Assembly (NCBI GenBank): GCA_963739455.1 | Contig: CAVUAK010000003.1 | Coordinates: forward strand, 192,001 to 256,000 | DNA length: 64,000 bases | Reading direction: 5' to 3' | DNA from: an uncultured Gemmatimonadales bacterium | Lineage (GTDB): Bacteria > Gemmatimonadota > Gemmatimonadetes > Gemmatimonadales > GWC2-71-9 | Shown: positions 31,861 through 48,929 of the stretch, in pieces | Numbering within the stretch: the stretch's first letter is position 1 | Layout of the letters: each line of letters begins with the position of its first letter | The notes under the pieces: generated by a model | What the model saw: the letters and a program-made list of their open reading frames with translations, nothing else | What the model was told of the DNA's origin: nothing | The model's database searches: none | Made by a program: the position numbers and the translations under genes

Positions 31861-32399
31861 ATGATCGGCTGCGACCGGGCCGCCGTTGCGTACAGGTGGC
31901 CCCCGGCGTAATACGCCGAGATCCGGTCCTCCTCGCGCAGCGTGATCTGCGCGGCGTCCTTGATGCCGGGCACCTCGGCGAACTGGGCCGCGGTGATCGA
32001 CTTCACCAGCACATGATCGGTCTTCGTCAGGCCGAAGTTTGGCCACTGCACGAAGGGCACGGGCAGCAGCACCGTCCGGCCGCCGTTGATGAGCTGCACC
32101 TCGTAGTAGCGCACCTGGGGTTCGGAGCGATCGATCCAGACCTCGACGATCCGGCCGGCGATCACGCCATCGCATGCCTTCACCGCGAGGCCGCGCGGAT
32201 CGGGATCGCCCTCGGCGATGAAGAACCCCGGCGCAGCGCGCAGCGGGACGATCTTCACCAGGCCGTGGGCGGTGAGGTCGGGCACCTCGGCGCGATCGGC
32301 ATATGACGCAGGGCCAACGGCGTCCACCAGCGGGTTGCCGGTCGGGATGTGGGGCGAGCCGACGTTGCGGTCAGCTCGCACGAGCTTGGGCGCGGTCAT
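31857..32399 (-). CDS. puhA: RC H subunit, cytoplasmic PRC-barrel part
   Basis: [38 protein letters not shown]. Confidence 0.93.
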   Translation of the reverse strand: MTAPKLVRADRNVGSPHIPTGNPLVDAVGPASYADRAEVPDLTAHGLVKIVPLRAAPGFFIAEGDPDPRGLAVKACDGVIAGRIVEVWIDRSEPQVRYYEVQLINGGRTVLLPVPFVQWPNFGLTKTDHVLVKSITAAQFAEVPGIKDAAQITLREEDRISAYYAGGHLYATAARSQPII

Positions 32400-32599
32400 G
32401 AATGCGACTCCTGGCCAGTGTGATGCGCGGTATTGAACACCTTCGTCTCGGGAACCGCCGGGAAGCCCTGCACCGGTCCGCGCTCCGACTCGAGCGGGTA
32501 GCCCTCACGCTTGTCTTCCCGGCGCAGGTAGTAGATCAGCCCGAAGAAGAAGAGCCAGAAGGCGTACAGGACGATTTGCGCACCGTCGAGATGTCGCAT
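32396..32599 (-). CDS. puhA: RC H subunit, transmembrane part
   Basis: [33 protein letters not shown]. Confidence 0.93.
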   Translation of the reverse strand: MRHLDGAQIVLYAFWLFFFGLIYYLRREDKREGYPLESERGPVQGFPAVPETKVFNTAHHTGQESHS

Positions 32600-32621
32600 G
32601 AGTCAGGTTCCTCCGTGCAGG

Positions 32622-34067
32622 TTACGCCGGGATGTCGGCGAGGCCGAAGCCTTCACCGCCCGGCCGGGGCGTCACGCGGGCAGGCGCCACGAGGGGTCCG
32701 AGGGCAACGAGCGTGGCGAAGAGCGCCGCGATCTCGAGGTGGTACACGACACTGTAGGGCACCGATGGCAGGTTGAAGCCGGCACCGAGCGCATCCTTCG
32801 CCACGAGATGCGCCACGCCATCTTTGATGACGCCGCTTACCGCGAGCGCCAGGCCTTCGGCTGTCGCGAAGACGGCACCCCAGGCGCCAAGGGCCATCCC
32901 GTGTTCCTGCCGATCCTTGAGCGCCATGATGGCCGAGAGGGTGCCGACACCGAAGAGTCCCTCGCCCATGCCGATCAGGAAGGTGCCGCCCCGGAAGAGC
33001 TGGGCCGACTCGAGCGGTGCGGCGAAGATGACGCAGGCAAAGGCCACGACACCGAGCAGTGCGCCATATGCGGCAAGGCGCACGGCGTCGCGGCCCGCCT
33101 CGAGTGCCTTCGCCGCCAGCCAGAAGGCGAGGATGGCACCCATCGCCATGATGCCGGTGAGCGAGGTGGTCTGCCCCACCGTCTGGTGCAGGATCTCGCC
33201 GCCGTACGGCTCGAGCAGCACGTCCTGCAGGTTGAAGGCGAAGAATCCAAGCCCTACCGCGGTGAGCAGCCGCACGGCGCGGCCGCCGCCGGTAAAGGTG
33301 CGCCAGGCGTCGCGGAAAAGCGGCCGACGCTCGTGCTTCTCGTACGGGGTGACACCGCGCTGCCGCGCCTCCTGCTTCCAGAGGCAGAGGGTGTTGAGCG
33401 CCATCGTCACCACCGCGGCACCCTGGATGACCTGGATCAGGCGGATGGGCGAGAAGTGCTCGAGCAGCCGGCCCAGCACAAATGCGCTCACCACCGTGCC
33501 AACGAGCAGCGTGAGGTACATCATGGCCACCACGCGTGGCCGGGCATGCTCCGGTGCGATGTCACTCGCCAGTGCCAGGCCGGCGGTCTGGGTGGTGTGT
33601 GCGCCGGCCCCGACAAGGAAAAAGGCGAGCGCCGTCCCGACATAGCCGCTCCATCGCATGGTCGTCGCGGCATCAGGTGCCAGCACGAGCAGGGCAAACG
33701 GCATGATGGCGAGCCCGCCAAACTGCATCAGGGACCCGAACCAGATGAACGGCACCCTGCGCCAGCCGAGCACGCAGCGGTAGGTGTCGGAGCGGAAGCC
33801 GATCAGGGCCCGGAACGGCGCGATGAGCAACGGAATGGCGAGGCCGATGGCCACGACCGTCGCCGGCACGCGCAGCTCGAGGATCATCACCCGGTTGAGG
33901 GTGCCGACGAACAGCGTCTGTACCATGCCCACCGTCACCTGGAACAGGCTCAGCCGCCAGAGGCGCGAGAGCGGCACCTCGGGTGTGGCCACGTCGGCGA
34001 AGGGCATGAACCGCGTGCCGAGCCGGGTCCAGGCCTTCGTGGCGAAGTTGTTCAGGGACGAGGCCAT
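32622..34067 (-). CDS. lhaA: LhaA/PucC (BCD-family MFS) LH assembly protein
   Basis: MPFAD, RLSLFQV, GTLNRVMILEL, QDVLLEPYGG. Confidence 0.9.
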   Translation of the reverse strand: MASSLNNFATKAWTRLGTRFMPFADVATPEVPLSRLWRLSLFQVTVGMVQTLFVGTLNRVMILELRVPATVVAIGLAIPLLIAPFRALIGFRSDTYRCVLGWRRVPFIWFGSLMQFGGLAIMPFALLVLAPDAATTMRWSGYVGTALAFFLVGAGAHTTQTAGLALASDIAPEHARPRVVAMMYLTLLVGTVVSAFVLGRLLEHFSPIRLIQVIQGAAVVTMALNTLCLWKQEARQRGVTPYEKHERRPLFRDAWRTFTGGGRAVRLLTAVGLGFFAFNLQDVLLEPYGGEILHQTVGQTTSLTGIMAMGAILAFWLAAKALEAGRDAVRLAAYGALLGVVAFACVIFAAPLESAQLFRGGTFLIGMGEGLFGVGTLSAIMALKDRQEHGMALGAWGAVFATAEGLALAVSGVIKDGVAHLVAKDALGAGFNLPSVPYSVVYHLEIAALFATLVALGPLVAPARVTPRPGGEGFGLADIPA

Positions 34068-34074
34068 CGTCAGT

Positions 34075-35133
34075 TCACCAGACCGGGTCGAGGCGGACGT
34101 TGGCCGGCAACTCGTGGCGTCGCACCGGCAGCAGGAAGAGTCGCACGAACGTCCAGGCGTTGGCCGCCTGGAGACCCAGCGCCCGCAACTTCGAGCCGCC
34201 GTCGCGGCGGTTCTCCTCCAGGGCCACGGTGTGCTGGTACATCTGCTCCAGCAGCGTCCAGAACCGGGGGTTGTCGGTGTCGATGGTATGCGGGAACACC
34301 TGCTCGCAGATCGTGTTCGTCAGCTTGATGACGCGCTGGTCGAAGTCGTTGACGTCGAAGCCGAGCTCCCTGAAGAACCCGGTGCGCAGGTGGTCACGCA
34401 CGTACATGGTGGCGAACACCGCCAGCATGAAGAAGCGGATCCACAGCCGGTTGATCCCGGTGAGGAACTGCGGGTTCGAGCGCATCAGCACGGCGAACGC
34501 CTCCCCGTGGCGGAACTCGTCGTGGCACCAGTTCTCGAACCACTTGAAGATCGGGTGAAACCGATGCTCGGGGTGCTGCTGCAGCTGGCGGTAGATCGTG
34601 ATGTACCGGGCGTAGCCGATCTTCTCGGACAGGTAGGTGGCGTAGTAGATGAACTTGGGCTTGAAGAAGGTGTACTTCTTGGCCCGCGTCAGGAACGACA
34701 AGTCCACCTTCACGTCGAAGTCGGCCAGGGTGTGGTTGATGAATCCCGCGTGGCGCCCCTCGTCGCGGCTCATGTAGCCGAACAATTCGCGCACGTCGGG
34801 GTTCTGGACCCGCCGCTTGATCTCGGCGTACAGGATGCACCCGGAAAATTCCGCCGTCACCGAGCTCACCAGGAAGTCGATGAACGACGCCCGGAGCGAG
34901 GGCGACATCGACGAGAAGTCCGCCTCGAACTCCTCGTTCCGCTTGAAGTGGTTCGAGTTCGGGTCGCGGCGGAACTCCTCGATCAGTGTGTCCCACTCCT
35001 TGCGAAGCGCGCTGATGTCGAGCCGGTCCATCTCCGCGAAGTCGGTGGTGTAGAAGCGCGGACTCAGCGTCGCCTCCTGCTGGGCGGCGCGGGTCACCTC
35101 GTTCACCGGGGCGCTGGTCTGGGTCGGGTACAT
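34075..35133 (-). CDS. acsF: O2-dependent Mg-protoporphyrin IX monomethyl ester cyclase
   Basis: LSPRFYTTDF, AEFSGC, DEGRHAG, SEKIGYARY, DEFRHG di-iron motifs. Confidence 0.97.
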   Translation of the reverse strand: MYPTQTSAPVNEVTRAAQQEATLSPRFYTTDFAEMDRLDISALRKEWDTLIEEFRRDPNSNHFKRNEEFEADFSSMSPSLRASFIDFLVSSVTAEFSGCILYAEIKRRVQNPDVRELFGYMSRDEGRHAGFINHTLADFDVKVDLSFLTRAKKYTFFKPKFIYYATYLSEKIGYARYITIYRQLQQHPEHRFHPIFKWFENWCHDEFRHGEAFAVLMRSNPQFLTGINRLWIRFFMLAVFATMYVRDHLRTGFFRELGFDVNDFDQRVIKLTNTICEQVFPHTIDTDNPRFWTLLEQMYQHTVALEENRRDGGSKLRALGLQAANAWTFVRLFLLPVRRHELPANVRLDPVW

Positions 35134-35135
35134 GG

Positions 35136-35462
35136 TCAGCCCTCGAAGCCGACGTCGTAGAGTTCGGTGATGCCCGTGGTGCCGAGCACCCGCACGAGCA
35201 GGCGGCGTGGCAGGCTCACCTGGATCACCGTGGCTTCCGTCCGCACCAGGCGGCGCTCGCCGATGTCGATATGGTCGGGGGCGTCGTGCACCAGCACTTC
35301 GTCGCCCTCGTTCACCTGCACGCCCTCGAGCCGCGCGTGGGCGTGGAAGTGCTCCTGTGTCGCCTCCAGATCCAGCTCGCACGGCACCCGGGTGGTGCGC
35401 CGCCAGGCGAACCACACCGCGAGGACCACCGACGCAGCAGCGAAGATCATTGCGGCTAGCAC
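35136..35462 (-). CDS. bciE: Conserved PGC small protein, probable BciE homologue with an N-terminal TM helix
   Basis: Immediately upstream of acsF; VPC..HAH..GDEVLVH.AP..ELY pattern recalled from BciE/Rsp_6110-type proteins. Confidence 0.6.
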   Translation of the reverse strand: MLAAMIFAAASVVLAVWFAWRRTTRVPCELDLEATQEHFHAHARLEGVQVNEGDEVLVHDAPDHIDIGERRLVRTEATVIQVSLPRRLLVRVLGTTGITELYDVGFEG

Positions 35463-35473
35463 ATCATGCTCCT

Positions 35474-36177
35474 TTAGCGTGTCAGTTCCATCGCCTGCGA
35501 TGTGTAGAAGCCGCTGTGGATCCGCTCGCTCCGCCCCGCGTGCCAGTGCTGCAGTGCGCGATGCTGCTCCATGGCCCGTCGCAGCCCCGGCTCCGCCACC
35601 GGGACAATGCGGGGAGCCCGGTTGCCGCGCGGCAGCAGCGTGCCAACCGCGTGCATGGTCGCCAGCAGGGGCGTGCGCGGTGCGAAGGTGAACAGCAGCG
35701 ACTCGCCTGCGCGGCGCGACAGCCGGTCGAGCGTGTCGACCAGGTCGCTGGCATCGTAGTGAATGAGCGAATCCATCGCCACCACATGGTCGAAGGCGCC
35801 GAGCGACTCGCTCAACATGTCGCCCGACTCGAAGGTGACCAGTCGCCGCAGTTCGACGGGCAGCCGTTCCGCCGCCACCCGCACCAGGTTGGGCGACAGG
35901 TCCACTCCCACTACATGCGCCCCGCGCCGCGCCAGGTCAACCGCGAGCGCGCCGGTGCCACAGCCCGCGTCGAGCACCCGCCGTCCGGTCAGGTCGGCCG
36001 GGAGCCATCCGGCGAGGGTGGCCCGCATCCGGTCGCGTCCCTCGCGCACCGTGGAGCGGATCCTGCCGACCGGCGCCTCGGAGGTGAGCCGCGCCCATGT
36101 CTCGGCCGCCGTGCGGTCGAAGTACTCCTCGATCCACTCACGGCGTGCCAGGTAGGAACTGGTGCGCGGTGCCGCCA

Positions 36178-36178
<1 letters not shown>
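35474..36178 (-). CDS. bchM: Mg-protoporphyrin IX methyltransferase
   Basis: YFDRTA, VLDAGCGTG, AMDSLIHY, FTFAPRTP. Confidence 0.96.
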
Positions 36179-40686
<4,508 letters not shown>

Positions 40687-40712
<26 letters not shown>

Positions 40713-42285
40713 CGTAGAGCGTCGCAAGCGAGATCTCAGCCAGTGAGTTCTCGATGGCATAGTTCTCGGTGTTCCGCTTCGCCTTTCCGCGCACGAAGAA
40801 GGGGATCTTCTTGAGTTCCTTCTCGGCTTCGAGCGACCAGGCAGGAGGAGTCGGCAGTCGGCTGTCGGCAGTCCGCAGTGAGTCGTCAGTCGACACATCC
40901 GGAGCAGCTGCCGACTCACTGACGACTGCCGACTCACTGCCGACTGCCGACTGACGACTGTCTGCTGCCAGGTGACTCGGTGCGGCTCCATCGTGGAATT
41001 CAAAATCATCCCGGAACATGTGCAGCAGGTGCTCTTCCAGCCCCATCATCAGCGGATGGACCCACGAGTCGAAGAGGACGTTGGCGCCCTCGAGGCCCAT
41101 CTGGGGCGAGTAGCGCGCCGGGAAGTCCTGCACGTGCACCGGGGCAGAAATGACGGCGCTCGGTACACTCAGCTTCTTGGCGACGTGTCGCTCCATCTGG
41201 GTGCCAAGCACGAGCTCCGGTGCCGCTTCGGCGATGGCCTTCTCGACCAGCAGGTAATCGTCGGTGATCAGCGCGGTGAGTCCCAGCTTCTCGGCCGCGG
41301 CCCGCACATCACGCGCGCGCTCACGGGTGTAGGTACCGAGCCCCACCACCGTGAAGCCGAGCTCCTCGGTGGCAATGCGCGCCGCGGCCAGGGCGTGCGT
41401 GGCGTCGCCGAAGATGAAGACTCTCTTCCCGGTGAGATACGTCGAGTCGACGGAGCGTGAGTACCACGACGCGCGGGCGTCGATGTCTCGCGACGCCCCG
41501 TCCGCATCGAGACCGGCGAGCTCGGCCACCTGGCGCACAAAGTCGCGGGTGGCACCGAGGCCAATGGGCACGACGGTGGTGTATGGCTGGCCGAAGCGCC
41601 GCTTGAGCCAGTCGGCGGTGGTCTGCGCGATCTCGGGATAGAGCACGACGTTGAAATCGGCATCTCCAAGGCGCGACAGGTCTGCCGCTGAGGCACCGAG
41701 TGGTGCCACGACCGCGACCTCGACGCCAAGCTTCTCCAGCAATCCCCGGATCTCGGTCACGTCATCGCGATGCCGGAAGCCGAGTGCGGTGGGGCCGAGA
41801 ATGTTGCAGCGGGGCCGACGTGGCTCGGCCGGCTTGGCCGCGGCGTCGCGTACCAGCGCGCGAACGAGGTGATACAGCGTCTCGCTGGCTCCCCAGTTTT
41901 CGCGCTTCTGGTAGGCTGGCAACTCGAGCGGTATCACGGGAATGGTGAGGCCGAGCGACTTGGCCAGTCCACCTGGGTCATCCTGGATCAGTTCAGCGGT
42001 GCACGAAGCTCCAACCAGCAGCGCCGCAGGCTCGAAGCGGGCCACCGCATCGTGTACGGCGGCCTTGAACAGGCCGGCGGTGTCCCCGCCAAGGTCGCGT
42101 GCCTGGAACGTCGTGTACGTCACGGGCGGCCGGCGATCCATCCGCTCGATCATGGTGAACAGCAGGTCGGCGTAGGTGTCGCCCTGCGGCGCGTGCAGCA
42201 CGTAGTGCACGTCGCGGAGTGCCGTGGCGATGCGCATCGCGCCGACGTGCGGCGGGCCTTCATAGGTCCAGAAGGAGAGCTGCAT
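40687..42285 (-). CDS. bchB: DPOR subunit B
   Basis: [27 protein letters not shown]-terminal KIPFFVRGK. Confidence 0.97.
40849..40959. repeat. Inverted heptamer tandem-repeat element inside the bchB linker
   Basis: AGTCGGC-like units at 40849-40894 and CTGCCGA/CTGACGA units at 40908-40959. Confidence 0.85.
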
Positions 42286-42287
42286 CG

Positions 42288-44153
<1,866 letters not shown>

Positions 44154-44173
44154 CTACGGCGCGGATGCGGAGG

Positions 44174-44244
44174 CGTCAAGCACTCTTGACGTAAATAGTT
44201 TCTGACACCAAGTTGACGGTGTCGGATGTGGCTGCCGCTTGACA
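44174..44244. promoter_or_regulatory. PpsR box cluster in the divergent bchF/aerR promoter
   Basis: Perfect TGT-N12-ACA at 44227-44244; variants CGT-N12-ACG at 44174-44191 and CGT-N12-ACA at 44190-44207. Confidence 0.7.
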
Positions 44245-44355
44245 GGCGCCCGTTTGACGTCCATTTCAGACGCTGCTCACGAAGGAGTTCGCCCCACACC
44301 GGTGTTTCAGGAGGGCGTCCCGTGCCGGATCTCTTTTTCGGCGACAATTCCTCAA

Positions 44356-45149
44356 TGACGGCCATGGTGGCGGCCAGCATTTCCCGCACAGCCAGGTCGC
44401 TGGCCAGGCGGGCGCCCCCACCGCCGGCTGAACCGGCCCTACCGGTGGATGTCTCGGAGGTGATCCCCGAGGATGTCCGGCGGTGGGCGTCGATGGCGGA
44501 TCAGGAGGCGGAACAGTGTGTGTGGCGGTTGCTGCAGCGGGGAATGACCGCGGAGGAGGTTTGCCTCGACGTGCTGACCACGGCGGCGCGACGGCTTGGG
44601 ACGCTCTGGGTCGAGGACCGCTGCACCTTCGTCGATGTCACGCTAGCCGTTACCCGCTTCCAGAACATCACTCACCGCCTCGGGCCGCACTTCAACAGTG
44701 TTGCCGAGCCGGGCTGCCGGGGCAGGGCACTGGTGGGCTCGGTTCCCGGTGAGCAGCACACCTTCGGTCTCAGCATGGTGGCGGAGTTCCTGAAGCGGGA
44801 CGGATGGGATGTTGTGCTGGCCGATGCGTCGCGCGACACGGCGGCCTTTGTGGCGCCACTCGCGGACAGCTGGTTTGACGTCGTGGCGATCTCGGCGGCC
44901 AACGACCGCGCCGAGAAGGGGCTGACGCGACTGCTGTCGAGCATCCGGCGCCGTGGACGGAACCACCAGGTGCGCGCCATCATCGGCGGAAGACTGGTCC
45001 AGGATCGGGATGGGCTGGTGGGGAGGGTGGGGGCCGATGGCTGGGCGGAAGACGCGAAGGCGGCGGTTGAACTGGCCCGTTCGCTAGGGCAGGCAACGCC
45101 ACGCACGCGGGGCCGGCGGGAGAAGGTGCAGGTAGACCGCACTTCTTGA
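44356..45149 (+). CDS. aerR: Cobalamin-binding antirepressor AerR/PpaA (start uncertain)
   Basis: ARRLG.LW.ED..F.DVT, GEQHTFG (ExHxxG B12 motif); located upstream of ppsR. Confidence 0.88.
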
Positions 45150-45169
45150 CGGCATGTAAACATACTAAT

Positions 45170-46648
45170 ATGAGTCGGTTAGCTAAGCCGTTCGGCGTTC
45201 GAGTTGACACCGTGAACGAGGTACCCAATCAGGCAATGACGTCGATCCTGACCGCAGCTTCGGATATCGCCCTTGTGCTTGATCGTGCCGGAGTCATCCG
45301 GGACATCACGCTGGGGCAGTCCGATCAGCCACTTGTTGAGTCGAAGGCGTGGCTAGGTCACGGCTGGATCGACACCGTTACCATCGAGTCCCGCGCGAAG
45401 ATCACCGACATGCTGGCCGAGGCAGCGTCGCAGGGTGTTTCGCGACGTCGCCAGGTCAATCACGTGTCGGCAAGCGGTGCCGACATTCCGATCGTCTACA
45501 CCGCCGTGCGCATGGACGAGGCGCCCGGCAAGGTGGTGGCGATCGGCCGCGACCTGCGGGCCGTCTCCGCCCTGCAGCAGAGCCTGGTGGAGGCGCAGCA
45601 GTCGCTCGAGCGCGACTACTGGCGGATGCGCCACATCGAGACGCGCTATCGCCTGCTGTTCCAGGTGTCGACCGAAGCGGTGCTCATGATCGACGCCGGT
45701 ACCCAGAAGGTGATCGAGGCGAATCCTGCGGCGGCACAGCTGTTCGACCAGCCCGTCAAGCGCCTCGTCGGGCGGACCTTTCCCTTCGATATCGAGACGG
45801 CCAACGAGCCGGCAGTCGCCGAGCAGCTCGCGACAGTGCGTTCGCATGGGCGGGCTGATGATCTTGTCGTGCGGCTGCCCAACTCCGGCCGCAGCGTCAC
45901 GTTGTCGCTGGCGCTCGTTCGGCAGGACACCTCTACGCTCTTCCTGGTGCGGTTGCTGCCGGTGGTCGATCAGTCGGGCCCGGATGCGGGTCCTGCCTCG
46001 GCCGGTGCCGCCTTCAAGCTGCTCGAGTCACTGCCCGATGGGTTCGTCATCAGCGACGCGGACGGCCGCGTGCTGATGGCCAACCGCGCGTTCCTCGACA
46101 TGGTCGAACTGCCCACGCTGGAGCAGGCGCGTGGCCGCCTGCTGGGTCAGTGGGTGGGGCGCCCCGGGGCGGACGTCGGTCGGCTGCTCGCGACACTGCG
46201 TGAGCACGGTGTGGTGCGCCTGTTCGGCACCGCCCTCCGCGGCGATCTGGGCTCCTCCAGTGAGGTCGAGATCTCGAGCGTCGCCCTGCTGGAAGCCGCC
46301 GACATGCAGGTGGGTTTCCTCATTCGCGATGTTGGCCGCCGGCTCCTGCCGAGCCCCCGCGGCGCGCGCGACCTGAGCCAGGCGGTGGAGCAACTGACTT
46401 CGCTCGTGGGTCGCGTATCGCTCAAGAACCTGGTGCGCGACACGACGGACCTGGTGGAGCGGCACTTTATCGAGGCGGCGCTCGAGACCACCGATGACAA
46501 CCGGACGTCGGCCGCCGAGGTGCTCGGTGTCAGCCGGCAGAGCCTGTACATGAAGCTGAAGCGATACGGCCTGGGCGCCGATGCTGCGGATGCATCGAAC
46601 CAGGACGGCACGAACAACAAGGGCCGGAAGAGCACGCCGAAGAACTGA
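45170..46648 (+). CDS. ppsR: PpsR/CrtJ transcriptional regulator (PAS domains plus Fis-type HTH), no Cys
   Basis: QQSLERDYWR..ETRYR Q-linker, NRTSAAEVLGVSRQSLYMKL. Confidence 0.95.
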   Translation: MSRLAKPFGVRVDTVNEVPNQAMTSILTAASDIALVLDRAGVIRDITLGQSDQPLVESKAWLGHGWIDTVTIESRAKITDMLAEAASQGVSRRRQVNHVSASGADIPIVYTAVRMDEAPGKVVAIGRDLRAVSALQQSLVEAQQSLERDYWRMRHIETRYRLLFQVSTEAVLMIDAGTQKVIEANPAAAQLFDQPVKRLVGRTFPFDIETANEPAVAEQLATVRSHGRADDLVVRLPNSGRSVTLSLALVRQDTSTLFLVRLLPVVDQSGPDAGPASAGAAFKLLESLPDGFVISDADGRVLMANRAFLDMVELPTLEQARGRLLGQWVGRPGADVGRLLATLREHGVVRLFGTALRGDLGSSSEVEISSVALLEAADMQVGFLIRDVGRRLLPSPRGARDLSQAVEQLTSLVGRVSLKNLVRDTTDLVERHFIEAALETTDDNRTSAAEVLGVSRQSLYMKLKRYGLGADAADASNQDGTNNKGRKSTPKN

Positions 46649-46689
46649 GCCCGCGGCCACTCGGTCGCGGGCTATTGCTTATCCCATAG

Positions 46690-46733
46690 TGTAAAGCCTT
46701 CATGACAGTAGCTGACGTACTAACCGTCACACA
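46690..46733. promoter_or_regulatory. PpsR boxes at the bchG operon start
   Basis: TGT-N12-ACA at 46690-46707 plus CGT-N12-ACA at 46716-46733, 8 bp apart. Confidence 0.75.
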
Positions 46734-47622
46734 GTCAGGGCAAAGCGTCAGGACTCCCGCGCCGCGTACGGTGCTGGAGCTCTTCAAGCCGGTCACCTGG
46801 TTCCCGCCGATGTGGGCATTTGCCTGCGGCGTGGTCTCGTCAGGCGTGCCGCTGGCCTCGCACTGGGGCCTCTTGGCGCTTGGGGTCGTGCTCACGGGGC
46901 CACTCGTCTGCGGCACCAGCCAGGCGGTGAACGACTGGTTCGACCGGCACGTGGATGCGATCAATGAGCCGGGCCGTCCGATTCCGTCGGGGCGGATGCC
47001 GGGCACATGGGGGCTGACACTCGCGCTCGCGGGCACGCTCATCTCGATGATTGTCGGCCTCCAGCTTGGCCGCGCCGCCGCTGGTGCCACCGCACTGGGG
47101 CTTCTCCTGGCGTGGATCTACAGTGCGCCGCCGCTTCGGCTCAAGAACAACGGCTGGTGGGGCAATGCCGCGGTCGGTTTCAGCTACGAGGGCCTCGCGT
47201 GGGTGACCGGTGCCGCGCTGATGCTGAACGGCGCCGTGCCGCGTCCCGCGATCCTTGCCGCAGCGGTGCTCTATAGCATCGGCGCGCACGGCATCATGAC
47301 ACTGAACGACTTCAAGTCGATCGAGGGCGACCTCCGCATGGGCATCGGCTCGTTGCCGGCGCGCCTCGGCCCCGATCGTGCCGCGAAGGTTGCCTGCCTG
47401 GTGATGCTGGTGCCGCAGGTCGTCGTCATTGCGATGCTTGCGCTGACCGCGCACCCCGTTGCCGCGTTCCTCGTGACGGCGGTCGCCGTGGCCCAGGTGC
47501 CGCTGATGCGCCGGCTCCTGCAACGGCCCCGCGAGCTGGCGCCGTGGTACAACCAGACCGGTATCTCCCTCTACGTGTCGGGCATGATGGTCACGGCCGT
47601 GGCGCTGGGTTCGGTCTCGTGA
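46702..47622 (+). CDS. bchG: Bacteriochlorophyll synthase
   Basis: KPVTWFPPMWA, NDWFDRHVDAINEP, NDFKSIEGD. Confidence 0.97.
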   Translation: MTVADVLTVTQSGQSVRTPAPRTVLELFKPVTWFPPMWAFACGVVSSGVPLASHWGLLALGVVLTGPLVCGTSQAVNDWFDRHVDAINEPGRPIPSGRMPGTWGLTLALAGTLISMIVGLQLGRAAAGATALGLLLAWIYSAPPLRLKNNGWWGNAAVGFSYEGLAWVTGAALMLNGAVPRPAILAAAVLYSIGAHGIMTLNDFKSIEGDLRMGIGSLPARLGPDRAAKVACLVMLVPQVVVIAMLALTAHPVAAFLVTAVAVAQVPLMRRLLQRPRELAPWYNQTGISLYVSGMMVTAVALGSVS

Positions 47623-48929
47623 ACCAGCTCTCATGGACCGGGGTGGCGCGACTTGGCCTGGTGCAGGCCTCGATCGGTGCCGTCGTCGTGCTCATGACAT
47701 CAACGCTCAACCGGATCATGGTGGTCGAGCTCGGGCTCGCAGCCGCGATTCCCGGTGCCCTCGTGGCACTGCACTTCGCGGTGCAGATGTTCTTCCGGCC
47801 ACGCCTCGGTTTCTGGTCGGATGCTGGTGGCCGGCGGACGCCGGTGATCCGGATGGGCATGGCGCTGCTCGGCTTCGGTGGGGCGGATGCGGTGGCGGCA
47901 ATCGCGCTCGTGCCGACCCACCGCGCGCTGGGCCTCGCGGCGGCAGCACTGGCCTTCGTCGTCATCGGCCTGGGCGTGAGTGCCGCGGGGACGCCGTTGC
48001 TGGCCATGCTCGCCGACCGGGTCAGCGGCGAGCGGCGCGGGCGGGCGGCGGCGATCGTGTGGCTGATGATGATCGCCGGGTTCGTGGTCACGACGCTCGT
48101 GGTTGGCCGGCTCATCGATCCGTTCTCGTTCTCCCGCCTCATGCTGGTGGCCATCGGCGTATCGGTGATGGCGTTCGTGGTGGCCTGGGTGGCGCTCGCG
48201 GGCCTCGAGGGCGCCGGACGGGCACCGATGGTGATGCCGTCGTCCGATTCATCGTCCTTCCGGTTCGCCCTCTCGACGGCATGGCGCGATCCAGCCACGC
48301 GCCGCTTCGCGATCTTCGTGTTCGTGGCGATGCTGGCGTACAGTGCGCAGGACCTGGTGCTGGAGCCGTTCGCTGGCAGCGTGTTCCAGCTGACGCCCGG
48401 GGAATCGACCAGGATCACGAGCGTCCACCAGGGCGGGATGCTCGTCGGCATGGTCCTCACCGCGGTGCTCTCGGCACGCTGGGGCAGCCTGCCGCGCTGG
48501 GCCGCGTTCGGCTGCGCTGCGTCGGCGCTGGCATTCGTGGCGCTCGCCATCTCTCCGCTGGTTGGCACCGTCGGGGCGCTCCGCGGGAGTGTCCTGGCAC
48601 TGGGCCTCGCAAACGGGACGTTCGCCATTGGCGCCATCGGCAGCATGATGGTGCGCGCGCGCGGCGGCCAGGCGGGGCTCCGGATGGGCGTCTTCGGTGC
48701 GGCGCAGGCCATCGCGTACGCGATCGGGTCGTTCATCGGCGCGGCAGGCAGCGACATCGGCCGCGCGGTCTCCGGGTCCGATGCGCGGGGCTATATGTCG
48801 GTGTTCGCGGCGGAAGGGGTGCTGTTCCTCGTGGCTGCGGTGCTGGCGTGGGATTCCTCGAGTCGCAAGCGCGAGTCGCTGGTCGACTCACGGAACGGTG
48901 GTGATGCCCTCATGGCGTCGCTCGCATGA
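47619..48929 (+). CDS. bch2: BCD-family MFS transporter (Bch2/PucC-like)
   Basis: RLGLVQ, STLNRIMVVEL, YSAQDLVLEPFAG; directly follows bchG. Confidence 0.85.
   Translation: MNQLSWTGVARLGLVQASIGAVVVLMTSTLNRIMVVELGLAAAIPGALVALHFAVQMFFRPRLGFWSDAGGRRTPVIRMGMALLGFGGADAVAAIALVPTHRALGLAAAALAFVVIGLGVSAAGTPLLAMLADRVSGERRGRAAAIVWLMMIAGFVVTTLVVGRLIDPFSFSRLMLVAIGVSVMAFVVAWVALAGLEGAGRAPMVMPSSDSSSFRFALSTAWRDPATRRFAIFVFVAMLAYSAQDLVLEPFAGSVFQLTPGESTRITSVHQGGMLVGMVLTAVLSARWGSLPRWAAFGCAASALAFVALAISPLVGTVGALRGSVLALGLANGTFAIGAIGSMMVRARGGQAGLRMGVFGAAQAIAYAIGSFIGAAGSDIGRAVSGSDARGYMSVFAAEGVLFLVAAVLAWDSSSRKRESLVDSRNGGDALMASLA

Noticed and set aside
40713..41009. Long N-terminal extension of BchH in the ORF track
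   Set aside because: Off-frame reading of the bchB 3' end and its repeat. Similar false extensions affect hemB, bchI, bchZ, acsF, bchM, bchF, crtE, hemF and arginase
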